A DNA stretch of 64,000 nt from Candidatus Fermentithermobacillaceae bacterium (GTDB lineage Bacteria; Bacillota; Sulfobacillia; Fermentithermobacillales; DUSS01), in assembly GCA_014896535.1 (NCBI GenBank), contig JADBKE010000008.1:118438-182437 (forward strand). Reading direction: 5' to 3'. Positions 59,951 through 64,000 of the stretch are shown piece after piece. Numbering within the stretch: position 1 is the stretch's first letter; every line of letters starts with the position of its first letter. Under the pieces are notes generated by a model that did no database searches, was not told the origin of the DNA, and worked only from the letters and a program-made list of their open reading frames with translations. The translations under genes were made by a program, and so were the position numbers.

Positions 59951-60071
59951 TTTATTGGATGCTGCGCCCGGGATGCAATCCCACAATTATTGGCCTAGAG
60001 CCTGTGCCTGGCGGTTAAGACTTAAGCGTACACTGATGGTGCACGCATCCGATCAGGGAAAGCACGTAAAC

Positions 60072-61820
60072 TCACGTGCGCGACTTCCCGGCCTCCGAAG
60101 CAAAAAGCCGGGCAAACTCGCCATCTCGCTTCAAAAGTTCCGCCGGAGACCCTGCCTCCTGGATCACACCGTCGCCAAGGACGAATACGTGGTCGGCGAA
60201 CTTGACGGTGCTCAGGCGATGCGAAAAGAGAACGACAGCTGAACGCTCTTTGGCAGCTCTCAGAGCGGCCAGAACCCGTTGCTCCGCGTGTCCATCCAGC
60301 GCAGACGTTGGTTCGTCTGCCACCAGGATGTCGGGGCGCCTGTAGAGAGCGCGCATGAGGGCGATCCGCTGCTGCTGACCAATGGAAAGCCTGTTGCCCC
60401 GTTCCCCGACGTCGGTCTCCAAACCCTCTGGTAACTCGGCAATCAGATCGGGGTCTACCAGGGATATGACTTCGCCAAGCCTCTTCTCGTCCAGGTCCTC
60501 GCCCAGCAGGATGTTCTCTGCAACCGTTCCGCTGACCAACATTGGTTCCTGAAAAACCGCCGCCACAGATGGCCTGCCATCCATCTCATCACCGAAACCC
60601 TCGATTTGGACCGCGCCGGTTTTAGGCGCATACAGGCCCAACAGTATCTTTGCCAGGGTGCTTTTCCCTTCGCCGCTTGCTCCGACAACCGCAACCGCCT
60701 GACCAAACGGAATGTCAAAGGATACTCCGTTGAGGACGTTCTCCTCTTTGTAGGCAAAGGTGATGCCGTCTATTTTGACCCGTCTCTGACCAGCAGCATC
60801 AGGAATTATCTTAATGCCCGGCACATTGCACGACTGCGCCATGTTCTTGACCTGCTCAACTCTCTCTAACGCCACTAAGCCTTGACGGATCATATTCCCG
60901 AAACGACTCAGTTCGAGAACCGGAGCGTAAAACCTCTGCAGGTAACTCCATGCTATCAGCACGCTCCCCGGGCTGAGAGATCCGTGTAAGACCCCGTATA
61001 TGGTCAGACCTAGCGCGAATGAAAGTCCTAGAGCCTGAAGCGCCCTTACAGAGAGCCAGTAAACACCAGCTAATCTCGACTGCGACTTTTGGATAGCGAA
61101 CCTTGTTTCGCAGGTTTTTCGTATGCGGCCAAACTGGTATCCTCGTCTGTCGAAAATCCGAAACATCGCTGCTGCCCAGAGGGACTCCTGCAACATACTT
61201 GTGAGAATGCCGTTCTGCGTTCGGTCAAGTCGAGTTAGCCTCTCCGTCGCGTCGTTATACCACCTGGTCAGGTAATACAAGGGGAAAGTCAGCAGCAGTA
61301 TTCCCAGACCAATAGCCCAGTTCCAGTACAAGAACAGGGCCAGAATCCACATGAGCTCGAAGACACCTACCACGAAGCCTATAAGAGGCGCAGTGATGGC
61401 CCTTTGAACGGAGTCGACATCGCTCGTTAATGTGGCCAACACATCACCGGATGGCCTCGATTCGAGCTCTCTCAAGGAACACTGGTGTATGGCTCTGGCA
61501 CCTTCCATGCGGCAATTGTGTGCCAATTTCATACCTAACAAGGTCGACGAATATCCGTAGACATTGGAAACGGCACCCGACACGACGTAGACGATGATAA
61601 CCGACAAGAGGACGAGATACGGCTTGTCCCGACCGGTGATGTCCAGCCATATCCTGGTCAATCCTTGCTGGGTAGCCGGTGATCCTGCCAGACAGTCCAC
61701 CAAGGCCCCGACTCCCTGTATGGGCATTATATTGAGGAGCCCATTCAACGCCGCAAGAGCCAACGTCACGAGGAACAGATACAGCGGAGCACCAGATAGA
61801 CGCCTGAACTTCCTGAGCAT
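60072..61820 (-). CDS. ABC exporter, fused TMD+NBD
   Basis: Hydrophobic N-terminal half; [35 protein letters not shown]. Start is 61820 or 61841. Confidence 0.88.
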   Translation of the reverse strand: MLRKFRRLSGAPLYLFLVTLALAALNGLLNIMPIQGVGALVDCLAGSPATQQGLTRIWLDITGRDKPYLVLLSVIIVYVVSGAVSNVYGYSSTLLGMKLAHNCRMEGARAIHQCSLRELESRPSGDVLATLTSDVDSVQRAITAPLIGFVVGVFELMWILALFLYWNWAIGLGILLLTFPLYYLTRWYNDATERLTRLDRTQNGILTSMLQESLWAAAMFRIFDRRGYQFGRIRKTCETRFAIQKSQSRLAGVYWLSVRALQALGLSFALGLTIYGVLHGSLSPGSVLIAWSYLQRFYAPVLELSRFGNMIRQGLVALERVEQVKNMAQSCNVPGIKIIPDAAGQRRVKIDGITFAYKEENVLNGVSFDIPFGQAVAVVGASGEGKSTLAKILLGLYAPKTGAVQIEGFGDEMDGRPSVAAVFQEPMLVSGTVAENILLGEDLDEKRLGEVISLVDPDLIAELPEGLETDVGERGNRLSIGQQQRIALMRALYRRPDILVADEPTSALDGHAEQRVLAALRAAKERSAVVLFSHRLSTVKFADHVFVLGDGVIQEAGSPAELLKRDGEFARLFASEAGKSRT

Positions 61821-61887
61821 TGAGCTATAACCCCCTTGCACGGGTAATCAACACAGGCTGCGCTGCTTGGCCGCACGACCCCGAGAT

Positions 61888-61914
61888 ATTCGGCGCGATC
61901 CCATTAAATTCCTT
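61888..61914 (-). promoter_or_regulatory. Sigma-H-type promoter upstream of the ABC exporter
   Basis: AAGGAATTT-N11-GCCGAAT matches the SigH consensus. Confidence 0.5.
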
Positions 61915-62214
61915 GGGAACCGTCCGGTGAAGGCGCAGCCGAAACTTGTCCCACGAACTCTACCTTTTCATCCCGTTAGCGCGTTTGTTATGCTGTAGGG
62001 AGCTACCAACCGCGCGAACGAGCAGGAACCGGTACCCATGCATCGAATACCGGATCAGACCCCGGAGAAAAGAAGAAGCCGTTCAGCCCTACCGCGGCAG
62101 GCCCATGGGGTTTCCAGAGCCTCTAGGCGGTCCTGCAGGTGGACAACGCAGGTCAGCTCGTGCGGCGACAGGCGCAGTTGATTTCCGGGGTGGTGACGGC
62201 TGGGTGGTGGCCGC

Positions 62215-62976
62215 ATGATTCAGAGCGTACATAAGATCGCTCAAGCGCTAATACAGTCGCGTTACTCGGTAGCTCTCACGGGGGCGGGCATCTCCACGGA
62301 GAGCGGTGTGCCTGACTTCCGCGGCCAGAACGGACTGTGGCAGAACGAGGACGCGGTGGAGCTTCTGAGCTTGACAACCCTGTACGGCGACCCCCAGCGG
62401 TTCTATTCCAAAGGGCTCAGCCTCCTCCAGGTCTTCCGAGGGAAAAGCCCCAATGCCGCTCACCGGGCCCTGGCTCGGTTGGAAGAGCTCGGTCTCATAA
62501 GGTGCGTCATCACCCAAAACATAGACGGTCTTCACCAGGCTGCGGGCTCTCAGAATGTCCTGGAAATCCACGGGAACCTTCGAACTTCCAGTTGCGTTAT
62601 CTGCCATGCCGTTTTCCCCTTCGAATTTGTGGAAAAGGCCGCGTCCGAAGGCCAAATTCCCCCGAAATGCCCCAGGTGCGGCGGAACCGTCAGGCCGGAC
62701 GTGGTCTTTTTCGGAGACGACATGACTCCGGATTTCGGTCGGGCCGTAGAAGAATGTTCCCGCGCCGACTTCATGCTCATCGTCGGTTCGAGTTTGCAGG
62801 TCGCACCAGCAGCTTACCTGCCTGGAATGGTCCCTCGCATCGCCATAATCAACCTGGACGAAACCCCGTACGACGAACGCGCGGAGGTTGTGATACACGC
62901 GAAAGCCGGGGCTGTCCTACCCGAAGTGGTGAGGCTCGTGGAGGAGGATCCGGCTCTTAAACGCTGGGAACATTAG
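62215..62976 (+). CDS. cobB: NAD-dependent protein deacylase (Sir2 family)
   Basis: TGAGISTESGVPDFRG, ITQNID, EIHG, CxxC...CxxC, RPDVVFFG, GSSL. Confidence 0.92.
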   Translation: MIQSVHKIAQALIQSRYSVALTGAGISTESGVPDFRGQNGLWQNEDAVELLSLTTLYGDPQRFYSKGLSLLQVFRGKSPNAAHRALARLEELGLIRCVITQNIDGLHQAAGSQNVLEIHGNLRTSSCVICHAVFPFEFVEKAASEGQIPPKCPRCGGTVRPDVVFFGDDMTPDFGRAVEECSRADFMLIVGSSLQVAPAAYLPGMVPRIAIINLDETPYDERAEVVIHAKAGAVLPEVVRLVEEDPALKRWEH

Positions 62977-62993
62977 GTGCGAGTCTCGCTTAC

Positions 62994-63854
62994 TTATCCC
63001 CCCTGCGCTTCGAACCGCCTCGTTCCCCGAGCCCATAGAACCCGGGAAATGATGAATAGTGCCGCAACCCACAAGTACTCCTCCCTAAGGAGCTCAAGCA
63101 TCTGGTCAAGGGAGATGCGGCCGGTAATAACCGAAACCGGAACGTATAACATGTACTTGGACGGTAGCACCCGACCTACAGAGCCAAGTACCCCCGGCAA
63201 AAGATCGTTGGGCACTATTGCGCCAGAGAAGAACATAAACACCTCAACCACAAGGTCCCTCAGCGTGTCGATCTTGCCTATCCAGAAAGCCAGGCTCGCA
63301 CAGATGAACTGCACCAGATACCAAATGAGAAACCCTCCAGCTACGATCCCCGAGAGAATGGCCAGTCGCAGGGGCTCGAGAGAGACGGGTAAGTCCCAGA
63401 TGAACGCCGCGAGCCGGTATATCAGAACTGCTACAGGCAAATAGACTGCCACAGGCCCGGCGCATTTCCCGAGAAGCAAAAGCTGATAATCAAGGGGACG
63501 CGCCAGGTACGATCCGAGATTCCCGCTGTTGATGTCCTGCCATACGAACCAAGCTACGGGTGACGCCTGATGTACCACCAGGGAAACGAGCTGAACCGCC
63601 AGATAATATGAAACGAGCCCGGAAAAGGTATATCCGCCTAGAAGAGTAGAAGTTCCAAACACAACCCGCCATACTACCAAAGTAACGAGCATCGTAATGG
63701 GAATGAAGGCGGCGGAAGCCAAGAAGTCCAGCGAGTACTCACGCATCCGCTTTATGCGAAGTACGAGGGCGCTTCTGGCCACCAGCAGGTCCTTTACCAA
63801 GGACGGCCTGGCCCGAAGGATAGGACTTACCCCCGGGTTCATCCCGAGATCCAC
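62994..63854 (-). CDS. ABC-2 family permease (DUF990/ABC2_membrane_6 type)
   Basis: GGYT...LVSYY, DINSGNLGSYLARP, FSGAIVP..LLP, ends FEAQGG. Confidence 0.85.
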   Translation of the reverse strand: MDLGMNPGVSPILRARPSLVKDLLVARSALVLRIKRMREYSLDFLASAAFIPITMLVTLVVWRVVFGTSTLLGGYTFSGLVSYYLAVQLVSLVVHQASPVAWFVWQDINSGNLGSYLARPLDYQLLLLGKCAGPVAVYLPVAVLIYRLAAFIWDLPVSLEPLRLAILSGIVAGGFLIWYLVQFICASLAFWIGKIDTLRDLVVEVFMFFSGAIVPNDLLPGVLGSVGRVLPSKYMLYVPVSVITGRISLDQMLELLREEYLWVAALFIISRVLWARGTRRFEAQGG

Positions 63855-63920
63855 CTCCCGAACAGCTCATAGCTCCCGATCGCCTCTCCGGTGTCGTTCG
63901 TTTCAAAACTCCCCCAAGAT

Positions 63921-64000
63921 TCACCCTCCGAACGACTCATAGCTCGACACCATCACGGCCCACAGCCTGAGGACGATAAAAGCCCACAGGAATGCGAGCG
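63921..64000 (-). CDS. 3' end of a second ABC-2 family permease (partial, runs off the window)
   Basis: Minus strand reads LAFLWAFIVLRLWAVMVSSYESFGG*, the typical C-terminus of this family. Confidence 0.7.
   Translation of the reverse strand, partial: LAFLWAFIVLRLWAVMVSSYESFGG

Larger units (their letters stand above)
57405..60002 (+). mobile_element. Degenerate ISL3-family insertion sequence interrupted by IS256
   Basis: Ends GGCTTTAG (57405) and CTAGAGCC (60002). The transposase is split over three frames (CPRCG and RCPQC zinc finger, VIDM, DAFHVV, TNGYIEG, GFRN), and its C-terminus resumes after the IS256. Confidence 0.8.

Noticed and set aside
57397-60010. Target-site duplication around the ISL3 relic
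   Set aside because: The flanks ACCACCTA and TGTGCCTG do not match, so the element boundaries rest only on end motifs.
1-64000. CRISPR arrays, tRNA or rRNA genes, integrase and att sites
   Set aside because: No regularly spaced repeats, cloverleaf motifs, rRNA sequence or integrase gene seen.

Overview
64-kb chromosomal segment of a GC-rich Bacillota (Firmicutes) bacterium, probably an amino-acid-fermenting, spore-forming thermophile (inferred from gene content: AddAB, RNase J, Spo0E-like gene, MNT-HEPN, tdh/kbl/tnaA). Positions 1-49.9 kb are mostly core or metabolic genes: a heterodimeric ABC exporter, D-aminoacylase, tdh-kbl-tnaA, a DRG-type GTPase, addBA, a polar amino-acid ABC importer, rnj, two orphan Mrp/complex-I antiporter-like subunits, nfo, the rimP-nusA-ylxR-infB-ylxP-rbfA-nrnA-truB-ribF-rpsO-pnp superoperon (ylxQ missing), MNT-HEPN, tandem GNAT, tandem HD, patatin and GT4. 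Positions ~49.9-61.9 kb are an accessory region: decayed toxin-antitoxin genes, a galactitol-family PTS cluster with only a class II aldolase, an XRE remnant, a dead ISL3 with an intact IS256 nested inside it (9-bp target duplication), and an orphan ABC exporter. The most unusual signal is the second antiporter-like subunit (27909-30356). Its C-terminal tail holds six consecutive 25-residue amphipathic repeats ending in a final TM helix, which looks like a greatly lengthened NuoL/MrpA-type lateral helix, in a two-gene locus without the usual Mrp or hydrogenase partners. No rRNA, tRNA or CRISPR array was seen. All calls come from motif recognition by eye; no database searches were run.
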